Origin: a virus
IMG/VR virus record: IMGVR_UViG_3300045988_080771
Location: 1 to 61,265 of that record
Length of the DNA stretch: 61,265 nucleotides
Strand: one strand, 5' to 3'
Shown: piece by piece, positions 6,461 through 15,466 of the stretch
Layout of the letters: the number at the start of each line of letters is the position of its first letter
Numbering within the stretch: the stretch's first letter is position 1
Program-made: the position numbers and the translations under genes
The notes under the pieces: generated by a model
What the model saw: the letters and a program-made list of their open reading frames with translations, nothing else
Database searches by the model: none
What the model was told of the DNA's origin: nothing

Positions 6461-6697
6461 ATGATCGAAAAGATCGTAAAAGCTATTTCCCAAACTATCA
6501 AACCCGATATTTCCACATCAGGAATCGCAACTGCTGTGATCGGAGCGATTGGTATTGGTCTCATCACTACGGGAACCCGTAAGATGACAGAATCAATTAC
6601 CGCCTCCGCACTGAAGAGCGAGCTTGATAAGGAGCCGGATTATTTGGTTCAGCTCTACGATGAACACCAAAACCCGGTACTCATCGGAAAACTCTAA
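6461..6697 (+). CDS. small membrane protein (78 aa)
   Basis: RBS gaaaggag; TM helix GIATAVIGAIGIGLITTG. Confidence 0.7.
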   Translation: MIEKIVKAISQTIKPDISTSGIATAVIGAIGIGLITTGTRKMTESITASALKSELDKEPDYLVQLYDEHQNPVLIGKL

Positions 6698-6702
6698 GTT
6701 TC

Positions 6703-6734
6703 ATAAACCCTACAAATCGTAGGGTTTATATTTT
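6703..6734 (+). terminator. intrinsic terminator
   Basis: ataaaccctac-aaatc-gtagggtttat followed by atttt. Confidence 0.75.
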
Positions 6735-6764
6735 AAATAATAACAACCAGAAAGGTATAACACA

Positions 6765-7307
6765 ATGATCAAGAAAACCCTCATTTACACCGATATCGAC
6801 GGTACTGAAGTCAAGGAAGATGCATATTTCCATCTGTCCCAGCGTGACCTCCGTCGTATGATCCGTAGCGGAGAGTTTGATCGACTTCAGGCAATTGCCA
6901 AGAAGATGACCGAACTCACCACGGATATGCCGGCTTCTGAGGTTATGAATACGGTTATGGACGCTGTTGATATTATCGTCAAGGCATCCTATGGCAAGCG
7001 TGTTCAGGATGAAGATCGCACTCGTTTCATCAAGAATGACAAGAGCACCGAACTCTTCATGGACTCCGAAGCATACGATGCTCTGATTGATGATCTGATC
7101 GACAATCCGGAATCTCTCACCGAATTCATGACTGATCTCTTCCCCGATAATGCTCGCAAGCAGGCCGACGATTATATTGAAAAGCATCCGGATGATGATG
7201 CTGTCAAGAACTATCTCGAAGCCAAGGCTCAGCTGGAAGCGAAGCAGGAAATCACTGAGAACGCTCAGCAGAATGTTCCTACCGTTCCGCCGATCGCGAA
7301 CATCTGA
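6765..7307 (+). CDS. acidic hypothetical protein (180 aa)
   Basis: ORF track; weak RBS aaagg. Confidence 0.65.
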   Translation: MIKKTLIYTDIDGTEVKEDAYFHLSQRDLRRMIRSGEFDRLQAIAKKMTELTTDMPASEVMNTVMDAVDIIVKASYGKRVQDEDRTRFIKNDKSTELFMDSEAYDALIDDLIDNPESLTEFMTDLFPDNARKQADDYIEKHPDDDAVKNYLEAKAQLEAKQEITENAQQNVPTVPPIANI

Positions 7308-7327
7308 TAGCTCGTATATTTGTGGAA

Positions 7328-7356
7328 AGCGGGCTGTCGACTAGTGATGGCCCGCT
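7328..7356 (+). terminator. GC-rich hairpin (weak terminator candidate)
   Basis: agcgggc-N15-gcccgct with no clear T tail. Confidence 0.3.
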
Positions 7357-7399
7357 AGCCTGGTTCCACAATAGATTCATATTTTTCGAAAGGTTTATT

Positions 7400-8026
7400 A
7401 TGACTGAAAACGGCACTGACATTTCTCCAGAAGCTCTCGGAATCGAAACCACGGAAGAGGGAGTCAAGATCCCCGAGAAGGCCGTGAGCGTTCCTCCGAA
7501 GAAATCAAAAGTGAAGAAAATGTCGGAGACGTTCTTTGGTGGAACAGCAAAAGATGCTGCAATGTACGTAGTATCTGATGTGCTGGTTCCCGCGCTGAAG
7601 CAGACTCTCTATGACATGATCTCCACTGGTTTTCAAAGGCTTCTCTTCGGTGACACTGTTGCCAATGGTCGACCGGTTGTGGCTCGTCCGTCATATTCTC
7701 GGATGAACTACAATTCGAGGTATCATACGACAACTCAACGCCCAGTAATGCCCGCACGAACTGGACATGATTTCAATCGTGTCATGTTCGATACTAGAGC
7801 AGATGCTGAGAGTGTATTGTCATATATGTATGACTCAATCAATGAGACAGGCATCGTGTCCCTTGCAGACTTTTATATCAAAGCCAATGAGTATAACAGC
7901 TCAAAGGTGCCGACCACTCCTCAGGACTATAACTTCGGTTGGACCGATGTTCGCCGTAGCCGAATCTTGACGACTGAGACTGGCTATTATATTATTGATC
8001 TACCAAATCCAAAGGTTATCCGATGA
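7400..8026 (+). CDS. hypothetical protein (208 aa); start moved to the internal ATG
   Basis: The ATG at 7400 lies downstream of the hairpin and a weak RBS aaagg. The track start at 7322 would lie inside the hairpin. Confidence 0.6.
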   Translation: MTENGTDISPEALGIETTEEGVKIPEKAVSVPPKKSKVKKMSETFFGGTAKDAAMYVVSDVLVPALKQTLYDMISTGFQRLLFGDTVANGRPVVARPSYSRMNYNSRYHTTTQRPVMPARTGHDFNRVMFDTRADAESVLSYMYDSINETGIVSLADFYIKANEYNSSKVPTTPQDYNFGWTDVRRSRILTTETGYYIIDLPNPKVIR

Positions 8027-8178
8027 GTCCAGAACAAGCACGTGCCGAATTGTGCAAATTCTATAGTGCACCAAGTTGGGCACATAAAGTAAATCACATG
8101 TCTGATAAACAGGTATTTGCAGTTCTCATGAGATTGCAAAGTGCCCGTAAATATCGAAAGGAGCATCCGGAAGGATGA
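8023..8178 (+). CDS. hypothetical 51-aa protein (below the ORF-track cutoff)
   Basis: Translated by hand: MSPEQARAELCKFYSAPSWAHKVNHMSDKQVFAVLMRLQSARKYRKEHPEG*. ATGA overlaps at both ends. Confidence 0.5.
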   Translation: MSPEQARAELCKFYSAPSWAHKVNHMSDKQVFAVLMRLQSARKYRKEHPEG

Positions 8179-8450
8179 TGGATGACATTCACGCAGCAAC
8201 GCTGCCAAGAGCGTATGACTTTCTAGCGGAAACATATGAAGACAAAAGTGAGGAAAAGCTTCTGAAAATCTGGAAGGATCGCTTTGCTTCATATTTTCCG
8301 AACCTGGTTTCTCAGGTAAAGGAGTATCGATTTAGGATCTATGATCCGAAGGATCCTCCAAGGTCACTTGTGATTTTGACTTTCGACGGACGTATTATGG
8401 AATTCAGAACAACCAAAAAGGGTTCTGCAGAACTTAAGACTCTCAACTAA
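8175..8450 (+). CDS. hypothetical protein (91 aa)
   Basis: ORF track; translationally coupled to the upstream ORF. Confidence 0.65.
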   Translation: MMDDIHAATLPRAYDFLAETYEDKSEEKLLKIWKDRFASYFPNLVSQVKEYRFRIYDPKDPPRSLVILTFDGRIMEFRTTKKGSAELKTLN

Positions 8451-8462
8451 GGAGATATTTAG

Positions 8463-9377
8463 ATGGACATCAAGTCTATGATCGTATCCAAGGCTTCTCG
8501 AGCTGGATTGGTGCTTAAGAAAAATTCACCTGCTATTCTCACTGGCGTTGGTGTAGTGGCTGGTGTAGCTGCAACTGGCTTCGCAGTATATTCTACGCTG
8601 AAACTCGATGGTGTGGTTACTGAGCACAATATTCGAGTCCAGCGCATTGAAAAGAACTATCGTAAGGCTCAGGATCCGGATACGGATATTGTCATCAGTG
8701 ATGATGATTACAAGCGTCAGATCGTTCAGCAGCATGTGTGGCTTGGTCTCTCTGTGACTGAGCTATATTTGCCGTCTATCGCATTCACTGCAGTGGCAAT
8801 TGCCTGCACCCTCAGTGCACATAATATTCTCTCGAAGCGTAATGCAGCTCTGACGGCAACAGTATCTATGCTTGCTGAGAAGTTGGCTGATTATCGAGCT
8901 CGTGTTGTTGAGAAATACGGTGCTGATATTGATCGCGAACTGTATCACGGAATCGAAGAAGTCGAAACCACCGATTCAGATGGAAAGACTCACACTGAGA
9001 AAGAAGCTCAAGACAATATTCCTGGATTCTCTCGGTTCTTCGATGAGTATAGTGTTTATTGGGATCGCGATCCTGGTCTGAATGTTGCTCATGTCCGTGC
9101 AACTCTCACGAATCTGAATCAGGAATTGATGGCAAAAGGTCATGTATTCCTGAATGATGCGTATCGTGCTCTTGGTCTTTCAGATACTCCAGCAGGTTCC
9201 GTTATGGGATGGATCTATGACAAAGAGCATCCGGATACTGTGATCGACTTTGGTACCAATCTCGGAACCAATACCGATGATCCGTGGGACTTCGTGCACG
9301 ATTGCCCATGGGATGGTAAGATGGGCATCAAGCTTGAGTTCAATGTCATGCCTGAGCCAATCTACAACCAGATCTGA
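8463..9377 (+). CDS. membrane-anchored protein (304 aa), paralog of 5658..6407
   Basis: Contains KKNSPAILTGVGVVAGVAATGFAV plus a second TM segment; RBS taaggag. Confidence 0.75.
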   Translation: MDIKSMIVSKASRAGLVLKKNSPAILTGVGVVAGVAATGFAVYSTLKLDGVVTEHNIRVQRIEKNYRKAQDPDTDIVISDDDYKRQIVQQHVWLGLSVTELYLPSIAFTAVAIACTLSAHNILSKRNAALTATVSMLAEKLADYRARVVEKYGADIDRELYHGIEEVETTDSDGKTHTEKEAQDNIPGFSRFFDEYSVYWDRDPGLNVAHVRATLTNLNQELMAKGHVFLNDAYRALGLSDTPAGSVMGWIYDKEHPDTVIDFGTNLGTNTDDPWDFVHDCPWDGKMGIKLEFNVMPEPIYNQI

Positions 9378-9398
9378 TTTATATTTTAGGAGTTAATC

Positions 9399-10262
9399 AT
9401 GAACAAGCATGATCTGATTATGCTTGCGCTTGGTGCTCTTGCCGGCAGCGTCGTAACTGGCGTTGCCGGTTATATTTATGTTAATCATAAGTATACACCA
9501 CTGCGCGAAATCAATGAAACAGTTCAGGAGCTTGAGAAGCGTAAGAACGAACTGATAAAGCAGAATCTATATACTGAGAAAGTCATTAAGACAAAGACTC
9601 AGGAACATGAGAAGAAGATCGCAGAACTTGAAGATCAGGAACTGCGACTTTACGATTCTGCAACGACAAAGGCTTCTACATATTCTGATTTCATTGATGA
9701 AGAAGACGATGCACTCGATGCGCTTCGCGAAGACATGGGTCGTCCTGAGGAACGTCATAGTTCATATTTTCAGGAGGATGGCCGATTTGTAATCGATGAG
9801 GGTAATTCTCGTTGGGACGGTCCTCTTACCGATGATGAACAAGCGGAGTTCGATGAGTGCGAAGGCGATTCGGACATGGAGCATACGGTCCTGGATTCCA
9901 TTCGCAGGAAACGGTATCAGCAAACGATACCGAACAAGCACATGTATCGAATCAATGAGAAAGAACACCAGAATAGACCAGATTGGTTCGATACAATCAC
10001 AATCGATTATTATGAGACCGACGACATATTTGCTGAAGGAACAATGATCGTCAACAATATTGCAGGCCTCATCGATGTGACTGTACTGAATCACTTCGAT
10101 CCGGATGGAACAGTCTGGTGCCGTAATGAGAAACTGGAATGCGATTATGAAATTGTGGATCATGCAGGATCATGGCAGAATGCTGTGATGCATATTCCTG
10201 AGGATCAAGTCGCTCCAGTTCACAAGTACAATAAGGAACTTGCTGATAAACTAGAGGAGTAA
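9399..10262 (+). CDS. membrane-anchored coiled-coil protein (287 aa)
   Basis: N-terminal TM helix LIMLALGALAGSVVTGVAGYIYV; RBS aggag. Confidence 0.7.
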   Translation: MNKHDLIMLALGALAGSVVTGVAGYIYVNHKYTPLREINETVQELEKRKNELIKQNLYTEKVIKTKTQEHEKKIAELEDQELRLYDSATTKASTYSDFIDEEDDALDALREDMGRPEERHSSYFQEDGRFVIDEGNSRWDGPLTDDEQAEFDECEGDSDMEHTVLDSIRRKRYQQTIPNKHMYRINEKEHQNRPDWFDTITIDYYETDDIFAEGTMIVNNIAGLIDVTVLNHFDPDGTVWCRNEKLECDYEIVDHAGSWQNAVMHIPEDQVAPVHKYNKELADKLEE

Positions 10263-10264
10263 TT

Positions 10265-10828
10265 ATGAACATCGATCTGAACCGATATGCTATGAAACGA
10301 TACGGTAACGGTGAATACGTTGGCTGGCTTATCGACAGAGTCGATGCATCTGATTACGATCAACTCGCAATAGCACTATTCAATATTGATTACTATTGGG
10401 ATATTCCAATGGATCAGAACCGTGCCGATGACGGTATATATTTGCGTCAGGTTTATTCTGATGAAACAGGTAAACACATCGATGCGGTTCTTGATCCATT
10501 GCTATCCACAGTACTTGAAATGCTTGTGGCATTTGCCGAACGAACCAATTTCATAACATCCGAGCGATACAGTACATCGCATTGGTTCAAGATGTTTATC
10601 TCGAATCTTGACATTGACTGGTATGATTATGCATATGTTGATGTCAATGGAATCGATAATGATGACATCATTAAAAAGGTGAATCACTTCATGCATCATG
10701 AGTACAATTATGATGGATCGAATGGTGGATTGTTCGTTGTGAATAATCCACCTCACGATCTTCGTGACACTGAGTTGTGGTATCAGATGCAGTATTGGAA
10801 TCAACAATTCGATATTCCAGAGATTTAG
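10265..10828 (+). CDS. hypothetical protein (187 aa)
   Basis: RBS gaggag; ORF track. Confidence 0.7.
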   Translation: MNIDLNRYAMKRYGNGEYVGWLIDRVDASDYDQLAIALFNIDYYWDIPMDQNRADDGIYLRQVYSDETGKHIDAVLDPLLSTVLEMLVAFAERTNFITSERYSTSHWFKMFISNLDIDWYDYAYVDVNGIDNDDIIKKVNHFMHHEYNYDGSNGGLFVVNNPPHDLRDTELWYQMQYWNQQFDIPEI

Positions 10829-10841
10829 AAAGGAGGATATT

Positions 10842-13724
10842 TTGGATCAGGTACAAGTGCATGAAGTTCACACTGGAAAGAACAAGGTAACCATTATCGC
10901 AGATCCTAAGATTCGTGGTTATCATGATCTTCTAGTGAGAGGCGGAGCATTCTACGCCGTTTATGATCCGGAATCTCACTTCTGGTCGAGGGATATTCGT
11001 AAACTTAGCGAGCTCATCGACAATGACATTAATCAGTATTACGATGATCATATTCAGGAACTGGAAGCTGAGGGATACACTGTAAGCCGTCAGCTTATGC
11101 AGAACATGTCAAACGGTGCATGGAATCGGTATATGAATTCATTCAAATATCTTCGTGACAATGAAGAGACATTGGACCAGAAGATGATATTTGCTGATCA
11201 AGTTCCGAGTCGAGAAGACTATGCAACCATGCAATTGCCATATTCTGTTGAACCAGGTGTATGTAATTCGTATAATAAATTGATGGGCGTTCTATATTCT
11301 GCGGACCAGCGTGAGAAACTGGAATGGGGAATCGGAGCGCTCGTCGATGGCACCCAGATAGATCAAATCCAGAAGATGTTTGTGATCTATGGCGATCCAG
11401 GAACTGGTAAATCAACGATCCTAAACATCATCGAAGAACTCTTTCCTGGATACATTGCATATTTCTCGGCTGATGAGTTGGGTAAAGGCTACACCTTTGC
11501 AACTGCTGCATTTAAGAACTCTCCGTTGATTGGCATCCAGCATGATGGCGATCTGTCGAAGATGTGGGATAACACAGTTCTGAATGAATTGGCAGCTCAT
11601 GAAACGATTGTCGTTAATGAGAAAGGTGTCAAGCAATATCCGATTCGTCCAAAGACTATGCTGTTTATGGCAACCAATAAGGCTGTCAAGATCACAGATT
11701 CGAAGGCTGGTCTTATTCGTCGTCTTATCGACATCGAACCAACTGGTACCAAGATGCCTCAAGATGAATATTTTGAGGCCATCGGTCAGATCAAATTCGA
11801 ATTGGGTGCCATTGCATACCATTGTCTTTCGGTATACAAGAGTCGTGGAGCTCATTATTATGATGGATATTCTCCGTTAAGTATGATCTCCAGGACGAAT
11901 GATATTTACAACTTCATTGAAGACAATTATGGTCTCGTAACTGATGCAGATGATGGAATCACACTTAACACTCTTTGGACAGCATTCAAAGAATGGCAGG
12001 ATGATACAAAGAACCAAATCGTAATGAAGCGAACAGACTTCATGTATGAAATGGCATCATATTACGATCGAATGGAACGTACTCGTCATGTCTCGAAATC
12101 ATATTCCACTTCAGGAGTGGTATTCTATGGTTTCAAATTTGACAAGTTTGAATCCAAGATCGAACGGATCACAGTCGGCACGCCTGACTGGCTGAAACTC
12201 GATAGTGATACGAGTGCCTTTGATACGATGGCTCAATCATATTCTGCACAACTCGCTCGTAACGATGAATGCGGAGCTCCACGAGTCTCTTGGGACAAGT
12301 GCACAACTACTCTCGCAGATATCGATACACATCAATTACATTGGGTCCGAGTACCTTCGAATCATATTGTTCTAGACTTTGATCTTCGTGGTGAAGACGG
12401 TGAGAAGAGTCTAGAAGCAAATATTGAAGCTGCAAAGGATTTTCCAAAGACATATGCTGAAGTATCCAAATCCGGTAATGGGCTACACTTGCATTATATT
12501 TATGATGGAGATGTGGACAAACTCAAGAACCTTTACAGCACTCATATCGAGGTAAAGGTTTACAAAGGTAAGTCCGCTCTTCGTCGTAAGTTGTATAAAT
12601 GCAATGATCTGGAAGTAGCGCATATTTCTTCAGGACTTCCACTGAAAGGAGAGAAGTCTATGATTAATAAATCGGAACTAGCAGACGAACAGCATCTTCG
12701 CAACATCATTAAGAACTGCTTACTCAAGAAGTATCAGCCTGGAACCAAACCCAGTATAGACTTTATTTGCAAGGTTCTAGATGAAGCTTATGAGCAAGGG
12801 CTCGCATATGATGTAAGCGATATGCGGAATGATATTCTGTCATTCGCCATGCGTTCTTCACATTGGGCTGACTATTGTATGACTGTAGTGTCCAATATGA
12901 AATTCAAATCTGAAAAAATGCCCGAAGGGAAATCTGATGAAAACATCGATAGTGTAGTCTTCTATGATGTCGAAGTTTTTCCCAATTTGTTCATGATCTG
13001 CTATATGCGAGATAATGAGGATGAAGTTCATTGCTGGATCAATCCACCTCGTAAGTCCGTAATGGCTCTTATGGAACAACCATTGGTTGGATTCAACAAT
13101 CGACGGTACGACAATCACATGCTCTATGCATGGGGTGGTCTTGGGTATGATAATTCGCAATTGTATGAATTGTCAAGCAAGATCGTGAATGGGGACAAAA
13201 ACGCATTATTCGGTCAAGCATACAATATATCCTATGCAGATATTTATGATTTCTCGTCGAAGAAGCAATCGCTTAAGAAATGGGAGATCGAATTAGGCAT
13301 TGATCATCATGAACTTGGAATGGATTGGACTAAACCAGTTCCCGAGAACATGTGGAAGGTCGTCGAAGGATATTGTAAGGATGATGTCCGAGCAACCAAG
13401 GCAGTCTTTCACCATTTGAGTGGTGATTTCGAAGCTAGAAAGATTCTTGCGCAGTTATCTGGATTGACGGTTAACGACACCAACAATACGCATACTGCGA
13501 AAATCATATTCGGCAATGAAATGCATCCTCAATCAAGTTTCAATTATCCGGATCTGGCCGAATTGTTCCCAGGCTATGTATTCGATCCATATGCTCCTAA
13601 GGACCAGAAGTCCAAGTATATGGGCGAGTATCCGTCAGAAGGCGGTTACGTATTTGTATATGGCATGGAGAATGGTGATGTCGATCAGGATTATATGAAT
13701 ATTAAACATCCATGGGAGGAATAA
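10842..13724 (+). CDS. fusion protein: SF3 (D5/P4-type) helicase + archaeo-eukaryotic-type primase + family-B DNA polymerase 3'-5' exonuclease domain
   Basis: Helicase: Walker A GDPGTGKST (11391-11417) and MLFMATN. Primase: VLDFDLRG and SKSGNGLHLHYIY (12369-12500). Exonuclease: Exo I FYDVEVFPN (about 12960), Exo II NNRRYDNHML, Exo III YCKDDVRAT. The protein ends 10 aa before the expected polymerase motif A. Start is uncertain: TTG at 10842 follows AGGAGG, with GTG at 10857 as the alternative. Confidence 0.75.
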   Translation: MDQVQVHEVHTGKNKVTIIADPKIRGYHDLLVRGGAFYAVYDPESHFWSRDIRKLSELIDNDINQYYDDHIQELEAEGYTVSRQLMQNMSNGAWNRYMNSFKYLRDNEETLDQKMIFADQVPSREDYATMQLPYSVEPGVCNSYNKLMGVLYSADQREKLEWGIGALVDGTQIDQIQKMFVIYGDPGTGKSTILNIIEELFPGYIAYFSADELGKGYTFATAAFKNSPLIGIQHDGDLSKMWDNTVLNELAAHETIVVNEKGVKQYPIRPKTMLFMATNKAVKITDSKAGLIRRLIDIEPTGTKMPQDEYFEAIGQIKFELGAIAYHCLSVYKSRGAHYYDGYSPLSMISRTNDIYNFIEDNYGLVTDADDGITLNTLWTAFKEWQDDTKNQIVMKRTDFMYEMASYYDRMERTRHVSKSYSTSGVVFYGFKFDKFESKIERITVGTPDWLKLDSDTSAFDTMAQSYSAQLARNDECGAPRVSWDKCTTTLADIDTHQLHWVRVPSNHIVLDFDLRGEDGEKSLEANIEAAKDFPKTYAEVSKSGNGLHLHYIYDGDVDKLKNLYSTHIEVKVYKGKSALRRKLYKCNDLEVAHISSGLPLKGEKSMINKSELADEQHLRNIIKNCLLKKYQPGTKPSIDFICKVLDEAYEQGLAYDVSDMRNDILSFAMRSSHWADYCMTVVSNMKFKSEKMPEGKSDENIDSVVFYDVEVFPNLFMICYMRDNEDEVHCWINPPRKSVMALMEQPLVGFNNRRYDNHMLYAWGGLGYDNSQLYELSSKIVNGDKNALFGQAYNISYADIYDFSSKKQSLKKWEIELGIDHHELGMDWTKPVPENMWKVVEGYCKDDVRATKAVFHHLSGDFEARKILAQLSGLTVNDTNNTHTAKIIFGNEMHPQSSFNYPDLAELFPGYVFDPYAPKDQKSKYMGEYPSEGGYVFVYGMENGDVDQDYMNIKHPWEE

Positions 13725-13969
13725 TGAATTATCAGTTAATCGAATATGCAGTTCGTCGCTATATCGATAAGAAAGGATATTTAAAACAGAAAAGAGATTA
13801 CAATCTGTCCATCAAATCGAGTGGATATATTTGTGGGAGTTACTATGCATTTGTCGTAACAGATGAACCAAGCGATGATCGTATTTACGAAGTAACGCAT
13901 CTGTCGAAGTCGAATACTACTGCGGTTAGCAGTTATCTTCAAGACGATAAAGCACCATTTTTCATATGA
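13724..13969 (+). CDS. hypothetical protein (81 aa), paralog of 14276..14554
   Basis: Shared blocks RRYI..K..LK, Y(A/Y)(F/Y)VVT and (R)(I/V)YEV(T/D)H; RBS gggagga; TAATG overlap. Confidence 0.65.
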   Translation: MNYQLIEYAVRRYIDKKGYLKQKRDYNLSIKSSGYICGSYYAFVVTDEPSDDRIYEVTHLSKSNTTAVSSYLQDDKAPFFI

Positions 13970-14040
13970 TAGATAAAAAGGAGTTAATCATGAATGATCA
14001 AAAAGATTATCAAGAATATGATCGAGAAATGATTCATATA
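13968..14040 (+). repeat. direct repeat copy 1 (RBS plus the first ~17 codons)
   Basis: gatagataaaaaggagttaatcatgaatgatcaaaaagattatcaagaatatgatcgagaaatgattcatata, matched to 14256-14334. Confidence 0.85.
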
Positions 14041-14238
14041 GCCGATATTGATACAGATCTACATCATTACGAAAACCTACTTGACAATCTACTTATCTAT
14101 GGTGATGATCGTAAGGATCGAACCGGCGTAGGAACTTCTGACGCAGATCGATATAACCAGAAGAGGTATCTGATGGAAACCCGTATGTCTGGTGCTCTGA
14201 CGAAGCTCGAGTCTGCGATAATTACTACATCTTCGTGA
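13990..14238 (+). pseudogene. chimeric remnant: the N-terminus of the 14276 ORF fused to a truncated thymidylate synthase N-terminal fragment
   Basis: Starts MNDQKDYQEYDREMIHI (as in the 14276 ORF), then [23 protein letters not shown] (ThyA-like; compare [13 protein letters not shown] in the intact thyA), then unrelated sequence and a stop. Confidence 0.6.
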
Positions 14239-14255
14239 TGGCGAAGATGAAAAGT

Positions 14256-14334
14256 AATAGATAAAGGAGTTAATCATGAATGATCAAAATGATCAAAATG
14301 ATTATCAAGAATATGATCGAGAAATGATTCATAT
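14256..14334 (+). repeat. direct repeat copy 2
   Basis: aatagataaaggagttaatcatgaatgatcaaaatgatcaaaatgattatcaagaatatgatcgagaaatgattcatat. Confidence 0.85.
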
Positions 14335-14554
14335 TTTCAATTCAGTTCGTCGTTATATCGAAGAGAAGGAATTTTTAAAAGAAGATTTCCGTCTAACCAT
14401 AAAAATGTATAGAGCATGTCTTGGACATCATTATGCATATGTCGTGACGAATGCTAAAAGTGACCCACGTGTCTATGAAGTGGATCATACCGATAATCCA
14501 GAGACCACCAAAGTTACCAGCTATCTTCGAGATGGCTATTCGATTTTAAAGTAA
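14276..14554 (+). CDS. hypothetical protein (92 aa), paralog of 13724..13969
   Basis: ORF track; RBS aaaggag. Confidence 0.65.
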   Translation: MNDQNDQNDYQEYDREMIHIFNSVRRYIEEKEFLKEDFRLTIKMYRACLGHHYAYVVTNAKSDPRVYEVDHTDNPETTKVTSYLRDGYSILK

Positions 14555-14576
14555 TAGATAAAGGAGTTAATCATGA
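14549..14576 (+). repeat. direct repeat copy 3 (28 bp, RBS portion only)
   Basis: aagtaatagataaaggagttaatcatga, identical to 14251-14278. Confidence 0.8.
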
Positions 14577-15466
14577 CTGGTATTGAAGAAACCTTTCCAG
14601 ACATTTATAAGAATGTTATGAAATATATGGACAATGATTTTATCAGAGTCGCGCATCTTCGTGATTCCACAACATTCTGTAACGATATGTATGAAAAGAC
14701 ATTGAAAAAGGTAGTCGATTTCGGAACTATTCGTAAGGATCGAACAGGAGTTGGTACTCTTTCAACATTTGGTCTCCGGATGGAATTCAATCTGTCGCTA
14801 TTTTTCCCACTGGTTACCACCAAGAAGGTATATTTGAAAGGTGTAATTGCCGAACTTCTGTGGTTCCTCAATGGTGATACCAACATCAAATACCTGAATG
14901 ACAATGGTGTTCATATTTGGGACGAATGGGCAGACGAGAATGGAGATCTCGGACCGATCTATGGTAAGCAATGGCGTGACTGGAATGGCGATCATATTGA
15001 TCAGATCCAAAATGCCATCGATCTTATCAAGAATGATCCATATTCTCGCAGGATCATTGTGAGTGCCTGGAATCCATCCCAGATTCCCGACATGGCTCTT
15101 CCGCCATGTCATACGTTCTTCCAGTTCTATGTTACGGAATCCGAACGTCTTGATTGTCAGATCTATCAGAGGTCTGCAGACATGTTCCTTGGAGTTCCGT
15201 TCAACATCGCATCATATTCTCTATTGACTATGATGATGGCCCAGCAGACTGGTCTTGAACCTGGACGTTTGATCTGGACTGGTGGCGATTGCCATATTTA
15301 TCTGAATCATTTCGATCAGGTTGAAACAGAGCTTCATCGAACTCCATATCCTTTCCCTACGATGAATATCGATAAAGCCAAGGATATTTTCAGTTACAAG
15401 CTTGAAGACTTCCATCTGGAAAACTACAAGTGTCATCCTGCAATCAAGGCTCCTGTGGCTGTATGA
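14573..15466 (+). CDS. thyA: thymidylate synthase (ThyA family)
   Basis: [31 protein letters not shown], catalytic ALPPCH, and [18 protein letters not shown] with the dUMP-type Asn. Confidence 0.9.
   Translation: MTGIEETFPDIYKNVMKYMDNDFIRVAHLRDSTTFCNDMYEKTLKKVVDFGTIRKDRTGVGTLSTFGLRMEFNLSLFFPLVTTKKVYLKGVIAELLWFLNGDTNIKYLNDNGVHIWDEWADENGDLGPIYGKQWRDWNGDHIDQIQNAIDLIKNDPYSRRIIVSAWNPSQIPDMALPPCHTFFQFYVTESERLDCQIYQRSADMFLGVPFNIASYSLLTMMMAQQTGLEPGRLIWTGGDCHIYLNHFDQVETELHRTPYPFPTMNIDKAKDIFSYKLEDFHLENYKCHPAIKAPVAV

Noticed and set aside
10764-10841. ATG at 10764 as the start of the helicase-primase fusion (as given in the ORF track)
   Set aside because: It would overlap the upstream gene by 65 nt and has no RBS. 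A strong AGGAGG at 10831-36 precedes in-frame TTG 10842 and GTG 10857, so a non-ATG start is preferred. The exact start remains uncertain.
14573-15466. ThyA homolog acting as a dUMP or dCMP hydroxymethylase (hypermodified DNA)
   Set aside because: The substrate-discriminating residue in …GVPFNIASY is the Asn typical of dUMP-methylating ThyA. No glucosyltransferase, kinase or other modification genes were recognised. There is no sequence evidence for base modification.
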